Shown one piece after another: positions 9,199 to 18,654 of a stretch of 64,000 bases of DNA (its first letter is position 1; each line of letters begins with the position of its first letter). The stretch is taken from positions 13,649 through 77,648 of IMG/VR virus record IMGVR_UViG_3300034175_000063. The stretch is one strand, 5' to 3'. The DNA comes from a virus. The notes under the pieces were generated by a model. It was not told the origin of the DNA, did not search any database, and saw nothing but the letters and a program-made list of their open reading frames with translations. A program made the position numbers and the translations under genes.

Positions 9199-9514
9199 CG
9201 ACAGTCTCCTCTTCAATAACTTCGACCAGCTTGACGCGCTTCTTGGCCGAAGAGCAGTAGCCCATGCTGGCCAACATCGGTCGGATCATTTTCTTCCACA
9301 GGTATTCGCTCAACGCCAGGAGCGACAGGACGAAAGCCAGGAAAGCAGCAGCATCGGTCCACGAGCTGATGCCAATGGCTGCCCAAACGAAGCCGATCTT
9401 GGCGCCCTGGCTGGCAACCACGTTGACGGTTGTTTCATTGAATTCGGTGCTCATAGGCTTCGCTTTAAATGTGGTGGATGACTGGTAACCGTATTTTACC
9501 TTGTTCGTAGGCAT
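9191..9514 (-). CDS. putative holin/pinholin
   Basis: Two hydrophobic segments, charged C-terminus, immediately upstream of endolysin; GGAG SD before ATG 9514, second ATG at 9454. Confidence 0.65.
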   Translation of the reverse strand: MPTNKVKYGYQSSTTFKAKPMSTEFNETTVNVVASQGAKIGFVWAAIGISSWTDAAAFLAFVLSLLALSEYLWKKMIRPMLASMGYCSSAKKRVKLVEVIEEETVDE

Positions 9515-9575
9515 TATTACTCCGAAGAATGAGTTGTTTAACGGAATTGTTGGATTCCGCACAGAAAGTACGCGA

Positions 9576-10031
9576 TTATGTCTCGTTGAACTGTTCGCTA
9601 ACAGACACAAGGCGCTTCACAACTTGATACAGCGCATTCGGTTCCATTCGCCACGGCTCATTGATGAGGAGCGCGGCAGCGATTGCTTCGGAGCAGAAAT
9701 ATTTATCGGCGCTATCAGATACGAACCCGATTGTTAGGTGGACATTACCCCACAGGTCGTACTTACTACCCTGGTGAACGACGAACCACTGTCGTGCAGC
9801 TGGTTCCCACTCAATTGGAAGCTCGATGAAGTCCCAATTGTCACCACCAAGTTCCATTTCTTTCCACCGAACGCCACCATCAGCAAACGACGATGAGGCA
9901 CACCAGCCCCCAGGAAAGCACAATTCCACATGGCTGTAAGGCCCACGGCCGCGGGATCGAACCAGGCGGTTATATACGCCGGCGACGCCGGGCCGTGTGC
10001 CCTTATAAAAGGCTATGCGAAAGGTATTCAT
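9576..10031 (-). CDS. permuted papain-like (YiiX/YaeF-type NlpC/P60) protein
   Basis: His motif YSHVEL precedes GSKYD and Cys motif YFCSE. Confidence 0.7.
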   Translation of the reverse strand: MNTFRIAFYKGTRPGVAGVYNRLVRSRGRGPYSHVELCFPGGWCASSSFADGGVRWKEMELGGDNWDFIELPIEWEPAARQWFVVHQGSKYDLWGNVHLTIGFVSDSADKYFCSEAIAAALLINEPWRMEPNALYQVVKRLVSVSEQFNET

Positions 10032-10039
10032 GCTGTTCC

Positions 10040-10534
10040 TTATGGGGCTGCTGGGTCCATGATGTTCACGTCTACATACACCGTTTTGTCTACAAAGCCA
10101 CCTGAGTCCGTGACACGACAATTCATCACGCAGCTGCCGGTAAAACCAAACTTACCGACGGCGTGGCGTACCTGGCCTGTTGCCGCATTATTAGTGATCA
10201 GCGTGAATCCACCAGCATTGCTGATGAACGTCCACAGATAAGTCTTGGCGCTGCCATTACCACCGGCTGTTACCGCAACTTGTGGATACCAGTTGCCTGT
10301 ATAAGCAGTGCCAGTAGCATAATCAGTGTCATCCACATCGTATCCAGCCACCGTCATCGGTGTGTAGGCCGACTTGCCATGCAGCTGCGACATGCTGATG
10401 GTTGTGCCGGCGCCCCCGGCGCCAGCCAGAGTGCGAATGCTGGCCAGATTCAGGTTGATACCGGCCTGGCCAATACCCAGTTCGATCCGAACCTGGTCCA
10501 TGGAAATGGGGTTGGGGGATGCGGGCAGAGTCAT
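10040..10534 (-). CDS. tail-fibre-associated protein, possible tip adhesin
   Basis: N-terminal MTLPAS..ISMDQVRIELG...IRTLAG...ISMSQLHGKS module followed by a beta-rich domain; downstream of the fibre. Confidence 0.6.
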   Translation of the reverse strand: MTLPASPNPISMDQVRIELGIGQAGINLNLASIRTLAGAGGAGTTISMSQLHGKSAYTPMTVAGYDVDDTDYATGTAYTGNWYPQVAVTAGGNGSAKTYLWTFISNAGGFTLITNNAATGQVRHAVGKFGFTGSCVMNCRVTDSGGFVDKTVYVDVNIMDPAAP

Positions 10535-11190
10535 TAGATCGTCTTCCCAATAACGTTAGCCGCGGCCACGATGCGGTTGAACTGTGCTTCAGCCAGCTCG
10601 ATCGTCTTCGCGTTCGAGATCAGGTACTTGTCCATCCGGAGATCTTCCAGTTCTTTGTTGGCCTTGCGCAGCTGCGCGGCCTGGCCCAGGATGATGTCGG
10701 TGGCCATGCGGTATGGGATCTTGATGTTGTCCGCAAAGCGTTTGATCCAGTCGTTCGGCACGCCGGCATAGCTGGTTGCCTTATAGCGTTTGGCTTCAGC
10801 CTCACGCTCGACATACCCCATCTGGAAGCGCATGGCCCGGCCGATAATCTCCCCGATCAGGTCATCGACTTGCTTGACCCAGGCAGCACGCCGCTGCGCT
10901 TCAGGAAGCGTGGCCATTGGCACCTCCACAGGCGGCAGCAGCTCAGCTTTCCTGGCTTCAAGCTTGGCGTTCAGCGTCGTGTACACGCTCTGGGCTGCAG
11001 CGATCTCGCCGGCCTTGTCCATATAATCGGACTGCGTGTACGGCTCTTCCCTTTCGGGAAGGGTGCATGGTGTGTGGCAGTGCGCGTCTTCGCGCATGTC
11101 ACCGTCAATGGCCAGCACGGTGAATTTCAAGGCGAAGAGCCGGCCCTCTACCAGAGTAGGCTCAACGTTGACGATTTGGTGAAAGATCAT
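10534..11190 (-). CDS. hypothetical protein, possible tail fibre assembly factor
   Basis: Coupled to the fibre gene; helical C-terminal half (Y.EREAEA..Y...VP.WI). Confidence 0.55.
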   Translation of the reverse strand: MIFHQIVNVEPTLVEGRLFALKFTVLAIDGDMREDAHCHTPCTLPEREEPYTQSDYMDKAGEIAAAQSVYTTLNAKLEARKAELLPPVEVPMATLPEAQRRAAWVKQVDDLIGEIIGRAMRFQMGYVEREAEAKRYKATSYAGVPNDWIKRFADNIKIPYRMATDIILGQAAQLRKANKELEDLRMDKYLISNAKTIELAEAQFNRIVAAANVIGKTI

Positions 11191-14100
11191 TTGGTTGCCT
11201 CGTTAATTTGTTTGCGTAGCTCGAGCACGAGCTTCACGCAGTTGTCGATCACGCGGTCTTGCTCTTGCAGCCGCAGTTTGAGGTAGCGGATTTCTTCGCT
11301 GTGCTCTTCCGACCGGATGGCCAGCTGCACCGTGGCCACAGCCGCGGCGCCGCCGTAGTTCAGCGTCAAGAACGTCTCGCCGTCGATATTTGGCGTGCCC
11401 TCGGATACTGCATGCGGTAGGATCGCTTGCACACCTTGAGCAGACAAACCTACCTGGGTGATTTTGCTGTCCAGGCGGTCATATGTGCCGTGCTTCACGC
11501 CGGCCCATAAAGCCACGAAGCCCTCTTGCACATCACGCCAGTTGGTCTTCAAGCGCTCGTCCGAGTAGGCCGTTACGTTGCCATATGCTGTGAAGTTCCC
11601 AGAGTGGCTGCAAGTCCAAGCCCATGCATTGTCGTTGACATAAACCCCCATCGTGCCACCGTCAGACATAAACGTGGCGTTGACGCTAGTGAAGTCGATA
11701 CCAGCATAGGTGTTCGTCACGCCGGTAACTGAGATAGAACCATAAGAGCCGCGATTCAGACCAGTAGTACCGATGCGATTAATAGTGTGAGGGAAAGCCG
11801 CCAATGTATCCGCGACACGCGCGGAGTCCACACGCACACCGTATGTCCCTGAACCATTCCAACCCATCAAGGTTGGATACGACTGCGACCATGGATTCTG
11901 TGCATTGATGCTATTGACCGCCGATCCAGAGGGTGAAGTGCTATTTGATGCGTCAAAAATCACATGGCTGTTGCCATAGTTTTTCCATCGCATCATCGCA
12001 GCCACGCCGATATCACCCGCCATATTTGACGGGTCCGTGTACACCAGATTTCCGCTATATGCGAGGAAGCCGCGCACCGATGCAGCCTGCGTCGACCGAT
12101 AGTAGTTGTCACCACGTTTGCACATAATCGAGGTCACAGTACCGGCGCCGCCGTTGATGCCCTCATCAGACATCAGCATGTAGGTGCCGCCCTGGATATA
12201 GCCGTTCGCATCCCGCATCACGACTGTACTAGGGCTGGCTGCTACCGACATCGGCAGATTACCAGCGTGCCACATGTCGTACCAGGTGTTCCAGGTACTG
12301 TCGATACCGTTACGGACACGCAAGTGGGGCATACCGCCGTTCTGACCCGTGCTGCCATAAGCCATCTGATACGAACAGCTACCAGTGCTTGCAGCAGTAC
12401 CATCCCAAGGTGCAAAGGTCATCACACCCGCATAACTGCCACCTGTACCAGTAGAGCCAGAGAGTACGAAGTCATAACGAACATGTTTGCCAATGGTCGG
12501 TAATTTGGTAGCTGCATCCCGATCACCATCGGCACAAATCAAATTGCCAGCAGTACCACCGATACTCAGCGCAGCAGCATTGCCAGTCAGGCCAGCACCA
12601 CTACCTGTGAACACACCTGCTCCGGTCACACTTGCTACGATATTGGAAGCACCATCACCAAATTTCGTACCCCCAGTACCCGAATAGAAACCAAGGTACA
12701 CAGCATATGTACCTGTGGCGGGGTCAATATGTACATTACCATTGGTCGTAGCAACGCTGGCTGTGGATGGGCCGTATGTCGGCACATTACCGAAAAAGAT
12801 ATTAGCACCCCAGGTAACATTGGGGCCGGTGCTCATACCAGTTGCCGAGTAAAGCTTGCCGGTAGATGGTGTGAAGTGCAGCTTTGCTGTGTTGTACTGG
12901 ACTACGTAACCACCACCACCACGATTCATCGTGAGGTATTCAACACCTGCGTAAGTTTCATCCGTGTTGATCGACACTTTGGCCGCGCCGTCCACGTTCT
13001 GGGCAGCGATATTTCCGCTGTCGATCACCGTACGCCAGGCAGTCCATACAGCCGCATTGCGACCACGGACAGCAATTTGACCAGTACGATAGTCACCGTA
13101 AATCTGATGCTGGTAGTCCCCGGAATTGTAGGCTTGGCCATACAGAGCACCGTCGGTCTGGCCCAGGATATTCATGCCAGTCACATAGGCGATACTATTC
13201 ACAGTCATGCCGTTACCACCGCCAGTAAGAGCAGCAGTGGCACTTCCATTGAAGAAGTCGGTAATACCGTGAGCAGACATCGCGGTTGGCTTTGCAGTCA
13301 GCCCAGAGAACGGCATCGTGCCGGCCGAAGTAGCATAGGTGGCATTGCCGCTGATGCTGACCGTACCGCTGCTGTGGGAGATCACACCACCATAATTGAA
13401 GAAGAAACCTTCAGTCGCATTGGCGTCGGCACCACCGATGGCCATGTAGACTGCACCACCCCATGCTGCGTTGCCCGGACGATAGGCGCCGATGCTGATG
13501 TGCTGAATATAGCCTTGGCCATTCAGGATCGTGGCACCGTGCATCATTTCGGTGTAGCTGGCTGAACCGAAAGGCACCGTGGTGTTGGTAAATCCGATCG
13601 GTGCGTTGGTGCCGTTCAAGCTGGTGATCGCAGCCACTGACGTGCCGGTGCGCGTGTTCAACGAACCGGTCATGTTGCCACCAGCCAGCGGCAGCTTTGC
13701 AGCCAGGCTGTTCGTCATGGTCGTAGCGAAATTAGCGTCATTGCCCAGGGCAGTGGCCAGCTCTTTGAGCGTGTCCAGTGCAGCTGGTGAAGCATCTACC
13801 AGGGCAGCGACCTTCGCGTCCACGTAGGTGATGTTGGCCTTCAAGTTCAGCGCGTTTTGCGTGGCCGTGCTTACTGGCTTGGCCAGGTCGGTCGTGTTCT
13901 CCACGTTCGGGATACCCAGGCTGGCTAAAGTCTGGTCACCAGTGTTCGAGCCGGACAACGTGACGATGCCCAGCTTCGTGCGGATCCCCGCGCCGGTTTC
14001 GTCACCAGTATTGGTGCCGCTGATCGACGGGATCGCCAGCTTGCTCAGAATCGTAGCGTTGGTTTCATCGCCAGTATTCGAGCCGGTCAACGCCGTGGCG

Positions 14101-15860
14101 CCCAGCTTGGTGCGGATACCTGCCGCCGTCTCGTCGCCGGTGTTCACGCCCGAGTTGGTGCCGGTGATGTCCGACAGCATGGCCACCGTGCCATCCTTGT
14201 CCGGAAAGGTCCAGGTGCGTGCCACCGTGGCCACACTGGTCAGGTAGGACACTACCGTGCCGGCCGCATTCTTCAAGGCGATCTTGAAGTTCGACAGTCC
14301 TGGGTAGCCGTTGGCCGTATCCTTCTCGGACAGCAGCTGACGCAGGTTGTCGGCCGTGGCCTGAGCTGTGCTCACTGGCTTGTTGATGTCCGACGTGTTG
14401 TCGACATTACCCAGGCCCACATCGGCCTTGGCGCCGGAGGTGGCCACCGATGCGAGCACCGGTTTATTCTTGATAAAGTCCTTGGCGCCTGCGTCAACCT
14501 GAGTCCAATCCGATGGGATCTGACCGGCCAGTGCTTGAGCAGCGGATACCGCAGCATCAGCAGCCGATTGGGATGCTTCAGCAGCTTTGGTCGTCGCAGT
14601 CCCTGCCGAACTGGCAGCAGCAGCTTCCGACAGGTCAGCCGCATCCGCCGAGGCCAGTGCTTCAGCGGCCTTGGTCGTGGCGGTCGTGGCATGGCCGGCA
14701 GCCGTGTTCCGGTAGGCCAGGGCATTTGCTTCTGACGTCGCCGATGCATTCTGGCTGGCCAGTGCGGCGCCGGCCGATGCAGCAGCGTTCGAGGCCGACA
14801 GGATCGCGCTGTTCAGCTGAGCCTGCGACTCTTCATCGTACGGGTGCCACGCCAGGTCGGATTCCCACTGGTAGATCTTGCCTTCAACGGTGTTCTCGTA
14901 GATGGCACCGACCTTCAGCACACCACCGTTGCCGTCCACCGTCGGCGCCACGGCGAATTTACCGAGGTAGATCTCGTTGAAGGCGAACAGCTGCGAGCTG
15001 AGCTGAGCAGCTTTGTCGATGGCCACATCACGAGCGGTGAGGGTCACATCCCGCGCAGCGACAGTAATGTCCTTGGCGGCGACCGCCGTATTCTTGGCCG
15101 AGACAGCCGTAGCTTCGCTGGCAGCAGCTGCATCACGAGCTGCAACGGCAACTGCTTCGCTGGCATCCGCATCCAAGGCCGACTGCACCGCAGCCGATGC
15201 TTGGGTAATGGCCACGCCAGCCTGGGCCAACGCTTCCGCGGCCGAGATAGCAGCTGCATTCTTGGAAGCCAAGGAAGCTGCAGCACGATCTTCGGCCAGT
15301 AGGGCCGAATCCGATGCCTCATTAGCTTGGGTCAACGCGATATCACGAGCATTCACCGCCGTAGCAGCCGCTGCTTGGGCCAGGTTCTGTGCCGTGACAG
15401 CCGCGTCGATCACGCCATCAGCGAAGTCGGCCGACAGATCAGCGGCCAGTGCCGCGGCAACAGCTGTGTCCCGTGCAGCAAGTGTGGCCGCCTTGGCGGT
15501 CAGAATCTGCAGCAGGGCCGCTTCGTCATAGGCCACGTCGCCCAATACCGCATCATCGTCGACGATCAGGTCTTGCAGACGCACCACCTCATCCGGGTTG
15601 TTCAACACCGGGACGTAGAAATGGTAATGCAGGGCCGCTTCGGTAATCGTGTCGTAGACCGTGACGTGGTAACGAGTGTTGCAGGGCATCAACTCCTGCA
15701 GGATTTTGCCGTCCATGCCGGTGATCGCCGTGATCAGGCGTGGCATGATCACCCCTGATACTTCTTCCTCGTAGTCGGAGCGCGTAAGACGGATCTCAAC
15801 ACGGGCGAACCCGATAGGAGCCCCTTCAGAGGTCAAGAAGTGGAAAAGAACTGGGGTCAT
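11187..15860 (-). CDS. long tail fibre with C-terminal intramolecular chaperone (peptidase S74-like)
   Basis: Ala-rich coiled-coil stalk, LGNVDNTSD.NKPVSTA and ALDTLKELATALGNDANFATT fibre motifs, Gly/Asn-rich tip, GNVTAYSDERLK autocleavage motif. Confidence 0.92.
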   Translation of the reverse strand: MTPVLFHFLTSEGAPIGFARVEIRLTRSDYEEEVSGVIMPRLITAITGMDGKILQELMPCNTRYHVTVYDTITEAALHYHFYVPVLNNPDEVVRLQDLIVDDDAVLGDVAYDEAALLQILTAKAATLAARDTAVAAALAADLSADFADGVIDAAVTAQNLAQAAAATAVNARDIALTQANEASDSALLAEDRAAASLASKNAAAISAAEALAQAGVAITQASAAVQSALDADASEAVAVAARDAAAASEATAVSAKNTAVAAKDITVAARDVTLTARDVAIDKAAQLSSQLFAFNEIYLGKFAVAPTVDGNGGVLKVGAIYENTVEGKIYQWESDLAWHPYDEESQAQLNSAILSASNAAASAGAALASQNASATSEANALAYRNTAAGHATTATTKAAEALASADAADLSEAAAASSAGTATTKAAEASQSAADAAVSAAQALAGQIPSDWTQVDAGAKDFIKNKPVLASVATSGAKADVGLGNVDNTSDINKPVSTAQATADNLRQLLSEKDTANGYPGLSNFKIALKNAAGTVVSYLTSVATVARTWTFPDKDGTVAMLSDITGTNSGVNTGDETAAGIRTKLGATALTGSNTGDETNATILSKLAIPSISGTNTGDETGAGIRTKLGIVTLSGSNTGDQTLASLGIPNVENTTDLAKPVSTATQNALNLKANITYVDAKVAALVDASPAALDTLKELATALGNDANFATTMTNSLAAKLPLAGGNMTGSLNTRTGTSVAAITSLNGTNAPIGFTNTTVPFGSASYTEMMHGATILNGQGYIQHISIGAYRPGNAAWGGAVYMAIGGADANATEGFFFNYGGVISHSSGTVSISGNATYATSAGTMPFSGLTAKPTAMSAHGITDFFNGSATAALTGGGNGMTVNSIAYVTGMNILGQTDGALYGQAYNSGDYQHQIYGDYRTGQIAVRGRNAAVWTAWRTVIDSGNIAAQNVDGAAKVSINTDETYAGVEYLTMNRGGGGYVVQYNTAKLHFTPSTGKLYSATGMSTGPNVTWGANIFFGNVPTYGPSTASVATTNGNVHIDPATGTYAVYLGFYSGTGGTKFGDGASNIVASVTGAGVFTGSGAGLTGNAAALSIGGTAGNLICADGDRDAATKLPTIGKHVRYDFVLSGSTGTGGSYAGVMTFAPWDGTAASTGSCSYQMAYGSTGQNGGMPHLRVRNGIDSTWNTWYDMWHAGNLPMSVAASPSTVVMRDANGYIQGGTYMLMSDEGINGGAGTVTSIMCKRGDNYYRSTQAASVRGFLAYSGNLVYTDPSNMAGDIGVAAMMRWKNYGNSHVIFDASNSTSPSGSAVNSINAQNPWSQSYPTLMGWNGSGTYGVRVDSARVADTLAAFPHTINRIGTTGLNRGSYGSISVTGVTNTYAGIDFTSVNATFMSDGGTMGVYVNDNAWAWTCSHSGNFTAYGNVTAYSDERLKTNWRDVQEGFVALWAGVKHGTYDRLDSKITQVGLSAQGVQAILPHAVSEGTPNIDGETFLTLNYGGAAAVATVQLAIRSEEHSEEIRYLKLRLQEQDRVIDNCVKLVLELRKQINEATK
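13929..14165 (-). repeat. four ~22-aa tandem repeats (G.NTGDE/QT...I..KL) in the tail fibre
   Basis: NTGDET three times and NTGDQT once at ~66-nt spacing. Confidence 0.8.
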
Positions 15861-15920
15861 TCAGGCTCCGTTGAGTAAATTACATGTTGCTATGGGGCAT
15901 ATTGTCCCACAACAACACGA

Positions 15921-16586
15921 TCAATAGTTGGTCACGTCGATAATGATGTGGCGATTTGGTGAGTAGACCGGCACTGACTGGTCGAAAGCGGACTGATTGG
16001 GGTCCATTGCCTGTTCCCAGTGCGACATGAGGATGTTGTTGATGGTGATGCCCCCAGCAATCTCTCTGATCATCCCCATTGTGATCTTCACGATGTTGTT
16101 ATTCCCATAATCATGGCCTTCGCTCTCAACCTTGAGCCACTGGTTCATGACGACGGCTGCGTATTTACGGTTCACGTTGTAGGTGAAGTTACCTTCACCC
16201 ACCGGGAAACCAACCATGGCCAGAGGCTTCTGGGCTGCGTCGAAGACCAGGGTTCCAGCCGCATTGAACACCTGGAAACCAAAATTGGAAGCCACAGGAA
16301 GCACTTGACCGAAAATATAGACAGTCACTGTCCGGTTCAACGCAGTTACAGCAAGCCTGGCTGTACCATTCATACGCCGGATGATCGCGCAATCGGTGTT
16401 ACTGACGATAGCCGCAATCTCACCACTGCTGATGTCAAAGTCACCGACCCAGTACGGGACATTGCTGCTCTCTTGCACCTTAATAGGACAGGCCACCGTT
16501 AATTTGCGCTTGAACGCAAATTGCGGATACACACCGTCGATCTGGTAACCACCAGCCGTGTTGAAGCATTGAAAACCGACAGTCAT
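15921..16586 (-). CDS. tail-tip accessory protein
   Basis: Duplicated GFQCFN/GFQVFN..G.LVFD motif typical of genes following J-like tip proteins. Confidence 0.7.
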   Translation of the reverse strand: MTVGFQCFNTAGGYQIDGVYPQFAFKRKLTVACPIKVQESSNVPYWVGDFDISSGEIAAIVSNTDCAIIRRMNGTARLAVTALNRTVTVYIFGQVLPVASNFGFQVFNAAGTLVFDAAQKPLAMVGFPVGEGNFTYNVNRKYAAVVMNQWLKVESEGHDYGNNNIVKITMGMIREIAGGITINNILMSHWEQAMDPNQSAFDQSVPVYSPNRHIIIDVTNY

Positions 16587-16894
16587 CGGACCCCCAAGAC
16601 GAGTAAACACCCCGGCATACCGATGCCTGGGGAATATGGGTGTCGCACCCAAGAAACAATGTTCCCGTTGAACGTGCACACCGGATAGGTGTTGTTGTTG
16701 ATCGTGGCGCCGTAGTAGCTAGGATCCTGCTGAAGCTGGGGAATAGCGAACGGGACACCCTGATCCAGGCCCACTACCGTGGCTGAGCCGTTCAAAGCAC
16801 TGGCGTCGATCACACCGATCAGCCGGCCGATCACCGAGGTCGTGTCGAAGATCGACACACCCTGGGCATCGAAGATTTCAAGACCCATCCCCAT
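16583..16894 (-). CDS. small tail-tip accessory protein
   Basis: MGLEIFDAQG..IFDT start motif; coupled to the J-like gene. Confidence 0.7.
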   Translation of the reverse strand: MGMGLEIFDAQGVSIFDTTSVIGRLIGVIDASALNGSATVVGLDQGVPFAIPQLQQDPSYYGATINNNTYPVCTFNGNIVSWVRHPYSPGIGMPGCLLVLGVR

Positions 16895-18549
16895 TACCAG
16901 ACCCCCATACGGACGCGCAGCACATTGTTACTGTCAAATACCTGCGTCAACCCGCCAGTCATAAGCGTGCGCGGCACGCCGGCGTAGCCTGGACTGATGT
17001 TGATCTGCTTGGCGATGATATTGTCGGCGTCCAGATATGCGACCTTGACCTTACCGTTCTCCACGATGAACGAACCCGACTCGTCCCGCAGCTTGCTGAA
17101 GGTGAGCTTGTTGATCACTGCTTCGTCGATGAATGTCTCTTGACCCGAGATGATGAACGGCTTACGCATGTTGGCGCCGGTTCGACCCACCCAGAACGAG
17201 TCCACATCGAAGCCAGCCTGAACAGTTGTGCCGTCGTTGTACGCGCCAAAGCCGCCAATCAAGCCGTTCACATTGAACTTGACCGTGTACAAAGCACCAA
17301 TGGCCGTGGTCTTACCGTTCACCGTGTCGATGTTGGTCTGCAGATTCGTCTGCACTGCAGCGATCTGGCCATTCAACGTAGACTGGGCCGTGGTGATCTG
17401 GCCAGATAGCACGTTGTCAGCCGCTGCTCGAGCGTTCGTCTCGGTCTGTACCGCAGCCGAGATTGCGGATGCCCGAGCTGTAGCTTCACCATTCACTGCC
17501 GAAGTAATGGCCGGTCCTACCGTAGCAAACTGCGTGTTGCGCGAAGACGTCTCAGCACTAACCGCATTGACCCGTGCAGTCGCTTCGGACTCGATCGCTG
17601 CCGTGTTCTGGCCAGCCTTGGTAAACAGGGTCGTGATGTCCGAGGCCAGCGCGCCGTCGGCGTTCGACCGAGCGGTTGCCTCCGACTGGATCGCTGCAGT
17701 GATCGCCGTGGTCGTGGCCCCATTGACCACAGCCGTCTTGGCGTAGAGGTCAGTGATCTGCGTCGCCGTGGCGCCGTCGGCAGTCACACGGGCATCCCGC
17801 TCGGTGATGACCGCAGCGTCGGCCTGGTTCACCCGAGTGAACAGCGTGACCACATCCGTGGCGATGGCTGTGTCCGCAGCGACCCGCAGGTTTCGTTCTT
17901 CGGTTACAGCTGCCACCACACCTGGGCCGACGCCGGCAGCCAGGACGTTGATCTGATTAACCAGGGCCGAGTCGCCCTCCGTGCGAGCAGTGGTTTCGTT
18001 TTGCACGATGACCATGGCACCTTCGAGCTGGGTGCCCAGCTGAGCGATGACACCTTGCAGCAGCTCGTTATCTTCCAGACGGTTCTCGATCTCACCAGTG
18101 ATCCGGTCGTCGATCGGCTGGATGCGCAGGATCTCCGTCTTCAACGCCATGGCCAACACACCCATGTCGATCTTGCCTGTCAATTCCTCGATCAGATCCT
18201 GAATCAGCGGCCGGGCCAAGGCAGTTGCCGGCCCGATCACCTCACCGTGGGTGCCGTTGACCGACACGAACTCGATCCAGTAGTAATACCGCAGGCCGAC
18301 ATTCACCTTGTCGTAGAAAAACCCACCGGAAACTTCGGCGTATTTCAGCGATTGGTTGAACTCTGGCAAAATACTACGATACAAAATCGTGTACGCCAGT
18401 GCGTGTGGGTTGGTCGTTGGATAAGTCCAGTTGACGTCAATCCCGCCGAATGCTGGCGTGGCTGTTAGCAAACTGACATTATCTGGATCCCCTGGCAACG
18501 GGCCGGACCACCCACCTGTACCGCAGACGCCTTCACTTGTGCAAGACAT
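16894..18549 (-). CDS. J-like tail tip/fibre protein (FnIII-like N-terminus, coiled coil, DUF1983-like C-terminus)
   Basis: YYYWIEFVSVNG, repeated AI.SEATAR..AD, PFIISGQETFIDEAVI, terminal VFDSNNVLRVRMGVW. Confidence 0.8.
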   Translation of the reverse strand: MSCTSEGVCGTGGWSGPLPGDPDNVSLLTATPAFGGIDVNWTYPTTNPHALAYTILYRSILPEFNQSLKYAEVSGGFFYDKVNVGLRYYYWIEFVSVNGTHGEVIGPATALARPLIQDLIEELTGKIDMGVLAMALKTEILRIQPIDDRITGEIENRLEDNELLQGVIAQLGTQLEGAMVIVQNETTARTEGDSALVNQINVLAAGVGPGVVAAVTEERNLRVAADTAIATDVVTLFTRVNQADAAVITERDARVTADGATATQITDLYAKTAVVNGATTTAITAAIQSEATARSNADGALASDITTLFTKAGQNTAAIESEATARVNAVSAETSSRNTQFATVGPAITSAVNGEATARASAISAAVQTETNARAAADNVLSGQITTAQSTLNGQIAAVQTNLQTNIDTVNGKTTAIGALYTVKFNVNGLIGGFGAYNDGTTVQAGFDVDSFWVGRTGANMRKPFIISGQETFIDEAVINKLTFSKLRDESGSFIVENGKVKVAYLDADNIIAKQINISPGYAGVPRTLMTGGLTQVFDSNNVLRVRMGVW

Positions 18550-18654
18550 TATTACTCCATTGCATGTTTATTTTCAGCATTATCGCACTATTCCATACAG
18601 GAAACCCACCAACTGAGCAACTTATCGTTGCTTAACAACCATAGAAGGATGCTC

